Shown piece after piece: positions 1-9,566 of a stretch of 25,847 nt of DNA. The notes below the pieces were generated by a model. The model was not told the DNA's origin. It was given only the letters and a program-made list of their open reading frames with translations, and searched no databases. The stretch spans positions 1 through 25,847 of the forward strand of contig CAZFGR010000022.1 of assembly GCA_964518475.1 (NCBI GenBank), in the 5' to 3' direction. The position numbers were made by a program, and so were the translations under genes. Positions within the stretch are counted from its first letter, which is position 1; every line of letters begins with the position of its first letter. This DNA is from an uncultured Nitrososphaerota archaeon (lineage in GTDB: Archaea; Asgardarchaeota; Njordarchaeia; Njordarchaeales; Njordarchaeaceae).

Positions 1-2
1 GA

Positions 3-281
3 AGCATCACAATAAACAATGGCCAAAACTGCTGCGGAACCTCAAACCCCCAAATAACAAGAAAATTCCCGGCCTTCAAACTACATAACAGCGCCGCCAT
101 CAGCACTCTCCTGTCACTCTTCAAATCAAAGAAAACCGTGTCCCTCGATGACGTAAAACAGAACCTATTCTGCGTAGACTGGAAAACCTATGAAAAACTA
201 TGGCCCAAACTCCACCTCTACGCAAAGGAACTAAAATGTGTTTCAAGAACTGACAAATGTTCTTATGTTCTTATTGTTTGA
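3..281 (+). CDS. 3' end of a hypothetical protein entering from the left edge (partial)
   Basis: Frame 3 is open from the window edge to TGA 279-281: SITINNGQNCCGTSNPQITRKFPAFKLHNSAAISTLLSLFKSKKTVSLDDVKQNLFCVDWKTYEKLWPKLHLYAKELKCVSRTDKCSYVLIV. It is absent from the ORF track, presumably because its start lies outside the window. Confidence 0.65.
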   Translation, partial: SITINNGQNCCGTSNPQITRKFPAFKLHNSAAISTLLSLFKSKKTVSLDDVKQNLFCVDWKTYEKLWPKLHLYAKELKCVSRTDKCSYVLIV

Positions 282-405
282 CTGATTATCTAAAGCGTCC
301 TTTTAAAGATGTTTTTGCAACGTATAAATGATAAACAATACCTCCTCTTCGAATAGCAATTATTCACTTCTTAACCTGCCTTTAATCATTTCCTGTCATC
401 TGAAT

Positions 406-420
406 AGAGAAATTTTATAT
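406..420 (+). promoter_or_regulatory. Archaeal BRE/TATA promoter for the helicase gene, probably leaderless
   Basis: Purine-rich AGAGAAA followed by TTTTATAT (413-420), ending 25 nt before ATG 445. No SD motif is present. Confidence 0.55.
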
Positions 421-444
421 TTATCAGCTTAATTGCTATATCAC

Positions 445-3400
445 ATGAAACCTGAGCTTAAGAGTGGTACAATCATACAGGCTCCTTTCTGGCCGGAACC
501 TGTAAAAATCGAAAAGATAGAGGATTTAGGAGAATACTTGAGAATAATTGGGGCCACAATAAACAGTAAACAATATATTGATACTATAATCCGAAAGGAA
601 GAATTAAATGGAATAAAAATTCTCACGCTTGAAGCAGATTTTTCGGCAGATCCTGAAAATGTCTTTCTAGCATTAGAGGCATATCGCTTTAAACTTGCCT
701 CGTTATTTGACCCCATTCTTGCTATGAACGTCTCAAAAATAGACCCTCTACCGCATCAAATAGAAGCCGTTTATGGATATATACTCAAATTGCCAAGAAT
801 TAGATTTCTGATTGCCGACGACCCTGGTGCAGGAAAAACCATAATGGCCGGCTTAGTTATTAAAGAATTAAAGCTTAGAGGTTTGGCAAGAAGAATACTA
901 ATAGTAGTCCCTGGGCATTTGAAGGATCAATGGAGAAGAGAACTTAAAGAAAGGTTTTCTGAGAATTTCGTAATTGTTGACAGAAGCGTAATTGAAGCAC
1001 ATTATGGTGAAAACGTTTGGGAGAAGGAAAACCAAATCATTACATCAATTGATTTTGCTAAACAGGAGGATATTCTTCCATCATTACAAAGCGTTCACTG
1101 GGATTTGGTTATAGTCGATGAAGCACATAAAATGGCAGCATATCGTTATGGTGATAAACTCGTGAAAACGGCAAGATATAAGCTTGGAGAAGTATTATCT
1201 AAAACCTCCGAACATTTACTATTTTTAACCGCAACACCACATAAAGGAGATCCGGAAAACTTTAGATTATTTCTCGATTTGCTCGAACCAGGCTTCTTTT
1301 CATCGGCAGAAATGCTTAAGGAATCCATCAAGAACCGTGATAACCCCCTCTTCATCAGAAGGCTCAAGGAAGATTTGAAAGATTTCGAAGGTAGACCGCT
1401 CTTCCTTCCACGGCACGTTAAAACAATAAAATTCAGAATTACCGACGAAGAAATGAAATTGTACAACGAATTGTCAAAGTATGTTATAACTCAATATAAT
1501 AAAGCTCTACAAAGGGATAAAAAGAGAAACATTGCCTTTGCTTTATTAATTCTGCAGAGAAGAATGGCTTCAAGCGTATACGCAGTTAAACGCTCACTTG
1601 AGAGAAGAAAGAAAAAATTAGAAGAGCTTCTGAGAGGAAAGAGAGAGAAACCTATCAAAGTGGTTTTTGACATTGAAGAAATTGACGATTACGATGAACG
1701 ACAAAGATGGGAAATTGAAGAGAGTTGGGAAACTCTAAGTGTGGCGGAGAATAAGGAAGAACTCGAAAAAGAAATAAGAACCATCGATAGACTGATAAAA
1801 ATGGCTGATGAAATAATAAAGAAAGAGAGCGAGATTAAACTCAAGGAACTCAAGAAGTTAATGACATCTAAAGAATTAAAAGATCAAAAGATCCTAATTT
1901 TTACAGAATCAAGAGATACTCTCGAGTACCTTGTTGATAAAATACGATCTTGGGGTTACTCCGTTACATACATCCATGGTGGTATGAAACTTGAAGATAG
2001 AATAAGAGCAGAACAAATCTTTAAAAATGAAGCACAAGTCATGGTTGCAACTGAAGCGGCTGGAGAGGGTATAAACCTACAATTCTGTAACATCATGATA
2101 AATTACGATATCCCATGGAATCCAAGTAGACTCGAACAAAGAATGGGTAGAATCCATAGATACGGACAGACAAAGGAGGTTTTCGTTTTTAATCTTGTCG
2201 CCGAAGATACGAGAGAGGGTAAAGTTTTAGCAAAACTGCTGGATAAACTCGAAGAAATTCGAAAAGCTTTGGGAACAGATAAAGTCTTTGATGTAATTGG
2301 TGAGATATTCTACGGAAAAAGGTTGTACCAACTTGTGCTCGAAGCCGCAGCAAACGCAAGAGACATCGATGAAATATTGAAAGAAATCGACATCAAAGTT
2401 GATGAAGAATACATAGCAAAGGTTAAGGACGCATTGGGTGAAAGTCTCGCAACGAGATTCATAGATTACACGAGAATAAGAGAAATGGCGGAAAAAGCAA
2501 AAGAGTACAGACTAATCCCAGAATACACAGAAGCATTCTTTGTAAAAGCATTCGAAAAGGCCGGAGGTAAAATCGTTAAAATCGGTAACTTTTACAGAAT
2601 AGATTCTATACCGTATGAAATTAGAAAAATAGCCGAAGAAACTTCATTTAAGAATACTTGGGGCGTTTTAGCAAGAAAATATGCAAAAATAACGTTTGAC
2701 AAAGACATAGCCATGAGACATAGTGACGCTGAATTCGTTTCATTCGGACATCCGCTATTTGAAGCGGTTATAGAGTGGGTTCTTAGGAAGTTCTTAGGGG
2801 AATGTATGAAAGGCGCCGTCTTTAAAGATCCCTCCGGCAAATACAATGGAACTATTTGGTTCTTCGAAGGAGAAGTTAAAGACGGAAAAGGTGTAATCGC
2901 TGGAAAAAGACTCTTTGCAATATATGACGACGGAAAAAATCTGACAGAAATAAATCCATCCTTAATTTGGGATCTAGCACCATTCCGTGGAAGCTTCAAG
3001 TTTGATGAGAACAGGAAAAAAGAAGCAGAAAAATATGCAATAAAAGCTCTCATGGAGTTTAAAGAAGAACTTATGAAGGAAAGAATAAGGCAAGCAAAAA
3101 TAAAAGAGAAGTACGGTGTAAGATCTCTCGAAAAATTGATTTCTGAACTGGATTCAAAACTCATGGAGTATTATGAAAGAGCCGAAAAAGGCGAGAAAAT
3201 GGATTTAGCCATCCAGATGGCCGAGAGAAGGAAAAAAGAATATGAACAAGCCCTAAAAGAACTTAGGGATGAAATCGAAAAAGAAAAACACCTAACAATT
3301 ACTATGCCTAAACTGATCGGCGTAATACGAGTTATTGCCGGAGATGAAATGATAAGTGATGAGGAAATCGAGAAAATAGGTATGGAAATTGCTATGGCAT

Positions 3401-3744
3401 ATGAAAGAATGCAGGGACGAGAACCAGAAGACGTTTCAAAGGAAAACCTTGGATATGATATACGATCAAGGGGTAAAGGAGAAATTAGATATATTGAGGT
3501 CAAAGCAAGAGCAACAACCGGAGATGTAGCTCTAACACCAAATGAATGGTTCAAAGCCAAAAGATTCAAAAACCAATACTGGCTATACATCGTTGAAAAT
3601 GCCGCAACAAACCCAACGCTCTATATCATAAATAATCCAGCCGAAAAACTTAATGTGATAGAGAAAGTCGAAACTGTTAGAATACTTGTACCTTATAACG
3701 AGTGGAAGAAGAAATCAAAGGTTGAAAAAGTCCAATTTCATTAA
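445..3744 (+). CDS. SNF2/SWI2-family helicase (DNA translocase) with C-terminal DUF3883 PD-(D/E)XK-like nuclease domain
   Basis: Q motif LPHQ, Walker A ADDPGAGKT, DEAH, motif III TATP, EAAGEGINLQ, motif VI QRMGRIHRYG, a coiled coil, then GYDIRS...YIEVK typical of DUF3883. ATG 445 is preferred over TTG 433 because of TATA spacing. Confidence 0.93.
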   Translation: MKPELKSGTIIQAPFWPEPVKIEKIEDLGEYLRIIGATINSKQYIDTIIRKEELNGIKILTLEADFSADPENVFLALEAYRFKLASLFDPILAMNVSKIDPLPHQIEAVYGYILKLPRIRFLIADDPGAGKTIMAGLVIKELKLRGLARRILIVVPGHLKDQWRRELKERFSENFVIVDRSVIEAHYGENVWEKENQIITSIDFAKQEDILPSLQSVHWDLVIVDEAHKMAAYRYGDKLVKTARYKLGEVLSKTSEHLLFLTATPHKGDPENFRLFLDLLEPGFFSSAEMLKESIKNRDNPLFIRRLKEDLKDFEGRPLFLPRHVKTIKFRITDEEMKLYNELSKYVITQYNKALQRDKKRNIAFALLILQRRMASSVYAVKRSLERRKKKLEELLRGKREKPIKVVFDIEEIDDYDERQRWEIEESWETLSVAENKEELEKEIRTIDRLIKMADEIIKKESEIKLKELKKLMTSKELKDQKILIFTESRDTLEYLVDKIRSWGYSVTYIHGGMKLEDRIRAEQIFKNEAQVMVATEAAGEGINLQFCNIMINYDIPWNPSRLEQRMGRIHRYGQTKEVFVFNLVAEDTREGKVLAKLLDKLEEIRKALGTDKVFDVIGEIFYGKRLYQLVLEAAANARDIDEILKEIDIKVDEEYIAKVKDALGESLATRFIDYTRIREMAEKAKEYRLIPEYTEAFFVKAFEKAGGKIVKIGNFYRIDSIPYEIRKIAEETSFKNTWGVLARKYAKITFDKDIAMRHSDAEFVSFGHPLFEAVIEWVLRKFLGECMKGAVFKDPSGKYNGTIWFFEGEVKDGKGVIAGKRLFAIYDDGKNLTEINPSLIWDLAPFRGSFKFDENRKKEAEKYAIKALMEFKEELMKERIRQAKIKEKYGVRSLEKLISELDSKLMEYYERAEKGEKMDLAIQMAERRKKEYEQALKELRDEIEKEKHLTITMPKLIGVIRVIAGDEMISDEEIEKIGMEIAMAYERMQGREPEDVSKENLGYDIRSRGKGEIRYIEVKARATTGDVALTPNEWFKAKRFKNQYWLYIVENAATNPTLYIINNPAEKLNVIEKVETVRILVPYNEWKKKSKVEKVQFH

Positions 3745-4053
3745 ACTAACTAATATTTTCCCTGTTTAATTTACTAAAAATCAAATTTTAGAAGGTTATA
3801 ATTGACAAAATCAAGATCTTGTTACCAAAAGCCTACTTCAAATAAGGTTATAAAATGCATCAATTTTCATCTTGAGACCGCACTTAAAGCCGAAGAAATA
3901 GTCATAATTTACCAAATAAAACTAAAGATAGTGTTATTTGCGTAATATTGTTACCTTTAAATTTGTAACGGATTAAGTTAATTAGTAACAAGCTTGAATT
4001 TCATCTAAAATGTGGAGAGGGAGTTTCGATCACTAAAATATAAAGGTGATCAA

Positions 4054-6816
4054 ATGGAAGAGTTCCCCATCAAACGCTCATTCATCGAGGAAACATTTCC
4101 AGTTAAAGAAGTAAGCGAGGAAAGCGCAAGAGAAAAGAACATAAGACATGGACACATTTCAACCCTGCACATATGGTGGGCTCGCCGCCCCTTAGCAGCC
4201 TCAAGAGCTACTGCATATGCAGCACTAATTCCAGCACCTAAAAGTATTGAAGAAGCAGAGAAGGTGAAAAATTTCATAGCTCAACTTTGCAAATGGGAAA
4301 ATTCACTTAATCCTACCTATATTGAAAAAGCAAGGGAAGATATAAGAAAAGCCTTAGGATATACACCTCGTGTGCTCGATCCTTTTGCTGGTGGGGGCTC
4401 GATTCCTCTTGAGGCATTAAGATTGGGATGTGAAGTCTATGCGGGTGAATATAATCCCGTTGCAGTTTTGATTCTTAAATGCGTTTTGGAGTATCCACAA
4501 AAGTATGGGAGAGCCACGAGAAAAAATAAACTTGGGCTAGAGGAAGAGTATAATCCTTTACTTGAAGATTTCAAAAAGTGGGGAGAGTGGGTCTTACAAG
4601 AGGCTAAAAAGGAAATTGGAAAGTTTTATCCACCAGATGATGACGGCTCTATACCAGTATGTTATTTATGGGCAAGAACTATTCCATGTCAAAATCCCTC
4701 TTGTGGTGCGGAAATTCCGTTAATAAGACAATTCTGGCTGGCTAGGAAGGACAAAAAGAAAGTAGCCTTATATTTATACGTTGAAGGTAAAGAAGTGAAA
4801 TTCAAAATTGTTGGAACGGGATATGAGCCTATGCCAGAGGGGTTTGATCCATCAAAAGGAACTGTTAAAGGTGCTAAGGTCATCTGTCCCGTGTGTGGAA
4901 TGACTATCGATGATAGAACCGTTAGAAGGTTGTTCCAACAAGGAAAAGCGGGACAAAGGATGATTGCAGTTGTATTATATCATCCCGATAAGAAGGGAAA
5001 GATCTATAGGGTTGCAAATAAGGAAGATATTAAGATCTATAAAGATGCCGAGAAATATTTAGTTAAAAAGATTGAAGAACTTAAAGAGAAGTGGGAGATT
5101 GAGCCTATACCGAATGAACCCTTACCAACCCCAGAGATGAAAGAGTTTAAAGGTAAAGGTGATTTATTCTGGAACTTTGCTCCTATTGTAATTTATGGTA
5201 TGAAAAAATGGGGGGACATATTCAATTCGAGGCAGAAACTTGCTTTAATTACATTTGTTGATAAGATTAGGGAAGTTTATTATAAAATGATCGAAGAGGG
5301 ATACAATAAAGAGTATGCAAAGGCTATTGTAACATACTTGGCCTTGAATTTCGATATGATGGCGGTATCCTGTAATACTTTAGGGAGATGGGAAGGAAGT
5401 AGAGAGTTAATTGCAGATGTTTTTTCAAGGCAAGCTATACCAATCACATGGGATTATCCAGAATTAAATCCGTTCAGTGGGAGTTCTGGTAGTTGGGATA
5501 GAGTAAAGACATATTTTGAAAAATTCATTGAACGAGAATCTAAGATTCATGCAATCGAGTGTTGTCCTTTTCAAGCATCTGCCACTGAACTCCCGTTTCC
5601 GGATAATTACTTTGATGCCATCTTTACAGACCCGCCTTACTATGATAATGTTCCATATTCGTATCTTTCAGACTTCTTTTATGTTTGGTTAAAGAGGACA
5701 ATAGGAGATTTTTATCCTGAACTTTTCTCAACTCCACTAACTCCGAAATCAAGAGAAATTATAGCAAGTTTACCACTCCTTAGGGGAATGCCAAAAGATA
5801 AAGCAGAGAGGGTAGTCAAATCATTAAAATCTCAAAAAGACTTCGAGGAAATGCTTAAAAAATCTTTTCAAGAAATTTGTAGAGTTTTAAAACCAAATGG
5901 TATAGCAATCATAGTATATGCTCATAAAACTACCTCTGGTTGGGAGACTCTCATCAATTCTCTTCTTGATTCGGGCTTAGTAATCACAGCATCATACCCC
6001 ATCCATACAGAAATGAAAGCTCGTCTTAGAGCTAAAGAATCTGCTGCATTAGCCTCCTCAATTTACATAGTATGTAGAAAGATGAAGAGACTACCAACAG
6101 GATGGTTTAATGAAGTAAAGGAGGAACTGAAAAGGTATCTCCATAAAAAGCTCGACCAACTATGGAAGGAAGGAATAAGTGGTGCAGATTTCTTCATATC
6201 TGCAATAGGTTCTGCCATTGAAGTATTTGGAAAATACGAAAAGATCATGGATTATGAAGGGAATGTTATCAGGGCAGATAAGCTTCTTGAGTATGTTAGA
6301 GAAATAGTAACAGATTATGCTGTCAAGCAAATTTTACAAGACGGTATTGCTTCAGAATTATCGCCTTTATCAAGATTTTATTTACTATATCGTTGGAGTT
6401 ACCAAACTGCTAAAGTTCATTTTGATGAGGCCCGCAAACTGGCTCAGAGTGTTGGCGTCGATTTAGAAAAAGAATGGAACAAGGGTTTCATAGTTAAGCA
6501 GAAAGAGTATATATATCTCCTTGGACCGCATGAAAGGACTCTACAGGAACTTGAAAATGCAAGAGAACTTGTAGATGTATTGCATAAAGTTCTGTTACTA
6601 TGGGAGAAAGGTAGAAGAGAGGAAATTGTTGAGACACTGCAAAAGACTGGTTGGCTTAAGGATAGTTTCTTTAGATATGCTCAGGCAATTTCGGAGTGTT
6701 TACCTAATGATAGTAAAGAAAAGAAGTTACTCGACGGATTTCTAACCGGAAGAGAAAGGATAATTAGTGAGGCAAAAACTAGGGAAGCAAAGTTGACAGA
6801 GTACATTAGAAGATGA
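4054..6816 (+). CDS. DUF1156-domain adenine-specific (N6) DNA methyltransferase with Zn ribbon (COG1743-like)
   Basis: N-terminal HISTLHIWWARRPLA (DUF1156), motif I VLDPFAGGGSIP, Zn ligands CQNPSC...CPVC and catalytic motif IV TDPPYY. SD AGGTGAT at 4044-4050 favours ATG 4054 over GTG 4012. Confidence 0.93.
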   Translation: MEEFPIKRSFIEETFPVKEVSEESAREKNIRHGHISTLHIWWARRPLAASRATAYAALIPAPKSIEEAEKVKNFIAQLCKWENSLNPTYIEKAREDIRKALGYTPRVLDPFAGGGSIPLEALRLGCEVYAGEYNPVAVLILKCVLEYPQKYGRATRKNKLGLEEEYNPLLEDFKKWGEWVLQEAKKEIGKFYPPDDDGSIPVCYLWARTIPCQNPSCGAEIPLIRQFWLARKDKKKVALYLYVEGKEVKFKIVGTGYEPMPEGFDPSKGTVKGAKVICPVCGMTIDDRTVRRLFQQGKAGQRMIAVVLYHPDKKGKIYRVANKEDIKIYKDAEKYLVKKIEELKEKWEIEPIPNEPLPTPEMKEFKGKGDLFWNFAPIVIYGMKKWGDIFNSRQKLALITFVDKIREVYYKMIEEGYNKEYAKAIVTYLALNFDMMAVSCNTLGRWEGSRELIADVFSRQAIPITWDYPELNPFSGSSGSWDRVKTYFEKFIERESKIHAIECCPFQASATELPFPDNYFDAIFTDPPYYDNVPYSYLSDFFYVWLKRTIGDFYPELFSTPLTPKSREIIASLPLLRGMPKDKAERVVKSLKSQKDFEEMLKKSFQEICRVLKPNGIAIIVYAHKTTSGWETLINSLLDSGLVITASYPIHTEMKARLRAKESAALASSIYIVCRKMKRLPTGWFNEVKEELKRYLHKKLDQLWKEGISGADFFISAIGSAIEVFGKYEKIMDYEGNVIRADKLLEYVREIVTDYAVKQILQDGIASELSPLSRFYLLYRWSYQTAKVHFDEARKLAQSVGVDLEKEWNKGFIVKQKEYIYLLGPHERTLQELENARELVDVLHKVLLLWEKGRREEIVETLQKTGWLKDSFFRYAQAISECLPNDSKEKKLLDGFLTGRERIISEAKTREAKLTEYIRR

Positions 6817-6921
6817 TTACGTACTTTAAACCTTTAATTTCCATAGACGGGCCATATAGACGTTGACTAAGCACAATTTAATTTATATATGCAATGAACA
6901 CTAGAAGTGTGGGGGTTAAAT

Positions 6922-9564
6922 ATGAAGCCCTTTCATCTCATTGCAACTCCTCACAGAGACATTCTCGAAGGCAGACTGACGATGGACATATTTGCGGCAG
7001 ATTTATGGGAGGTCTTTAAGGGGAGGGCAGTTGAGGACTATCAGGATCCTGATATCTTCTTCAGGAAAACGTACCTTACTGCTGGACTTAAGAATCTGTT
7101 AAAAGTTGCCTCTAAAAGGCTTAAAGGGGAAGGTGGAGACCCTGTTATTCAAATTCAAACACCTTTTGGTGGTGGAAAGACGCATGCTCTAATAACTCTG
7201 TATCATGCGTTTACAAATCCCGAAATAGCGAAAAAATATGTTGGTGAGGTTATTAAAGCCAATGTAGTTGTTTTAGTCGGTACCGCGATAAGTCCTAAAG
7301 AAGAGAACGGTAAAATTGTTGGTACTCTCTGGGGAGAGATTGAGAGGCAACTTGAGGGAGAGGTTAGAAAGCTTAGCAGTCCGATTTCTCCGGGTAGAGA
7401 AGTGCTAAGAGAATTATTAGAGAAGCATCAACCTCTTTTAATTCTCATAGATGAAATTCTCGAATATGTTGCAAAGGCTGCTGGAATTAAGAAAGGATAT
7501 AAAGAGCTAAAGATTGGAGATACAAATCTTGCGGCTCAAACGATTGCCTTCATGCAAGAACTAACTGAGACAGTAAAATCTCTTGATAAGACATTACTCG
7601 TTGTAACGTTGCCATCGAGTGTAGTAGAATATGCTGACGAAGAAGCAGCCCAAAAATTGCTCATGAAGCTTCAAAAAGTCGCTGGTAGAATTGAGAAAAT
7701 TTACACGCCAGTAGCAGGGGAAGAAATTTATGAGGTCATAAGAAGAAGACTTTTTTCAAATATAGACGAAATTGCCGCAAGAGAAATTGTCAATGAGTTT
7801 ATTAAATATTACGAGAGAGAAGGAATAATTGTGGATAAAACGGAGTACAGAAACAAGATGCTTCGTAGCTATCCGTTTCATCCGGAGGTTATTGATGTTC
7901 TTCATCATAGATGGGGTAGCATTCCAACTTTTCAAAGAACAAGAGGAGTTCTGAGAATACTCTCTCTTGTAGTTTACAAACTAAAGGACTCAGAAGTTCC
8001 GCTAATCCGACTCTCTGATTTCGATTTGAGCTTCAGCGAACTTGCAGAGGAGTTAGTAAAGCATATCGGCAGAGAATACGAAAGTGTTTTATCAGCAGAT
8101 ATAACTGCTAAGGATGCGAACGCAAAAAGGGTCGATAGATCTCTTGCAGATACATATCAAGGGTTAAAGCTCGGAACTAAGCTTGCTACAGCGGTATTTC
8201 TATATTCTTTCTCTGGTGGAGAGAAGGGTGTAACATTAGGTGAACTTAAACTCGCATGTGCGGATATAAACATACCTTCAAGCGTAATTACTGATGTGCT
8301 GGATAAGCTAAAGAGCACCTTGCATTACTTGTGGATAGAAAATGGAAAGTATGTTTTCAAGAGCATACCTAACTTAAATAGGATAATAGCGTCAAAGATG
8401 TCTGAGATTGATGCTGATACTATAAATTCTGAGATAAAATCCCTACTTAAGAAATATGCAGGAAGCGCTCTTCCGGTGTATATATTTCCGAAGAATTCTA
8501 AAGATGTGCCCGATACAGAGGAACTAAAACTCGTTATTTTACAATCTCAAGACTTAGAGTTTATGAAAGACATTATCGAAAATTACGGTAATAATCCGAG
8601 GGTTAATAAAAACACAATCTTTTTCCTTTGTCCATTAGAATCTGAAAGGTTAAGTTTTGAGAATTGGCTTAGAAGAAAACTTGCATGGGAAAGTATAGCC
8701 AATGATAAGTCTCTAAACCTTACTGAAAGCCAAAAGAAAGATGTCGAAAAGAACCTTAAGGAATTTAAGAGAGATGAGAGACACCAATTAAGAAGTCTAT
8801 ATAGGCTTGTTTATGTTCCGGCAAAGGAATTTAGAGAAATAGATCTAAAAACTCCAGTTTACGGAGATAAACGACCTATAAGTAAAGAAGTTTTTGAAAT
8901 TTTGAGAGCTGAAGGGGAAATTGTTGAAAAACTGTCACCACATCTAATTTTGGAGAAGTATCTTGGGAACAGAGATTACTTGGAGATAAAACAACTTTAT
9001 AAGACCTTACTGACGACCCCTGGAGAGCCAAGAATATCGAAACAGAACTTCATAAAATCAATTAAGGATGGCGTTAAGAACGGTATTTTTGGCTTTGGCA
9101 TTATGAGAGACAACACCATCGAGTGTACAAAATTTAAAGAGATTCCGGACATAAATTTTGAAGATTACGAGATAATACTCAGAAAAGAACTTTGCGAAAG
9201 AAAAGAGGAAACTAAGGTTGAGGCTAAGGGTGCTGATGTTACCATTACTGCCGAGCCAACTACTACAATTATACACGAACATGTACCTGAACAGGCAGAA
9301 ACACCCTCCTCTAAAATCACCCCTCCAATACAAGAACCTACTTTAAAGAGTATTATGCTGAAAGTTAAAATACCCAAAGGAAAGTTTTCTGATTTCTATA
9401 GAGGAGTAATAATGGCATTAGAAAGATCTTTTGAAAAAACAGACATTACAATCGTAATAGAAGCCAATAAAGGGTGTCTGAAGAAGAGCGATTATGAGAA
9501 TAAAATTAGGGAAACACTTCTTCAAATAAATGCAAGTATAATCGAGGAAAAGGTAAAAGAATAA
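6922..9564 (+). CDS. DUF499-family AAA+ ATPase (COG1483-like)
   Basis: N-terminal TPHRDI...FAADL, Walker A TPFGGGKTH, Walker B LLILIDE, YPFHP and FQRTRGVLR signatures, then a Pro/Thr-rich linker before a small C-terminal alpha/beta domain. A G-rich SD precedes ATG 6922, and a TATA-like TTTATATA lies at about 6882-6889. Confidence 0.92.
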   Translation: MKPFHLIATPHRDILEGRLTMDIFAADLWEVFKGRAVEDYQDPDIFFRKTYLTAGLKNLLKVASKRLKGEGGDPVIQIQTPFGGGKTHALITLYHAFTNPEIAKKYVGEVIKANVVVLVGTAISPKEENGKIVGTLWGEIERQLEGEVRKLSSPISPGREVLRELLEKHQPLLILIDEILEYVAKAAGIKKGYKELKIGDTNLAAQTIAFMQELTETVKSLDKTLLVVTLPSSVVEYADEEAAQKLLMKLQKVAGRIEKIYTPVAGEEIYEVIRRRLFSNIDEIAAREIVNEFIKYYEREGIIVDKTEYRNKMLRSYPFHPEVIDVLHHRWGSIPTFQRTRGVLRILSLVVYKLKDSEVPLIRLSDFDLSFSELAEELVKHIGREYESVLSADITAKDANAKRVDRSLADTYQGLKLGTKLATAVFLYSFSGGEKGVTLGELKLACADINIPSSVITDVLDKLKSTLHYLWIENGKYVFKSIPNLNRIIASKMSEIDADTINSEIKSLLKKYAGSALPVYIFPKNSKDVPDTEELKLVILQSQDLEFMKDIIENYGNNPRVNKNTIFFLCPLESERLSFENWLRRKLAWESIANDKSLNLTESQKKDVEKNLKEFKRDERHQLRSLYRLVYVPAKEFREIDLKTPVYGDKRPISKEVFEILRAEGEIVEKLSPHLILEKYLGNRDYLEIKQLYKTLLTTPGEPRISKQNFIKSIKDGVKNGIFGFGIMRDNTIECTKFKEIPDINFEDYEIILRKELCERKEETKVEAKGADVTITAEPTTTIIHEHVPEQAETPSSKITPPIQEPTLKSIMLKVKIPKGKFSDFYRGVIMALERSFEKTDITIVIEANKGCLKKSDYENKIRETLLQINASIIEEKVKE

Positions 9565-9566
9565 CT

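Larger units (their letters stand above)
445..9564 (+). other. Restriction-like (DUF499/DUF1156/SNF2-nuclease) defence cassette
   Basis: Three co-oriented intact genes whose families co-occur in the known restriction-like (Gao_RL-type, BREX-related) systems. Confidence 0.85.

Noticed and set aside
441-9377. Minus-strand ORFs within the helicase, methylase and ATPase genes (441..716, 1146..1466, 1491..1673, 2592..3164, 3171..3590, 4050..4277, 4689..4883, 6063..6248, 9058..9333, 9165..9377)
   Set aside because: Antisense shadows of well-supported genes, mostly Ser/Phe/Leu-rich and without motifs.
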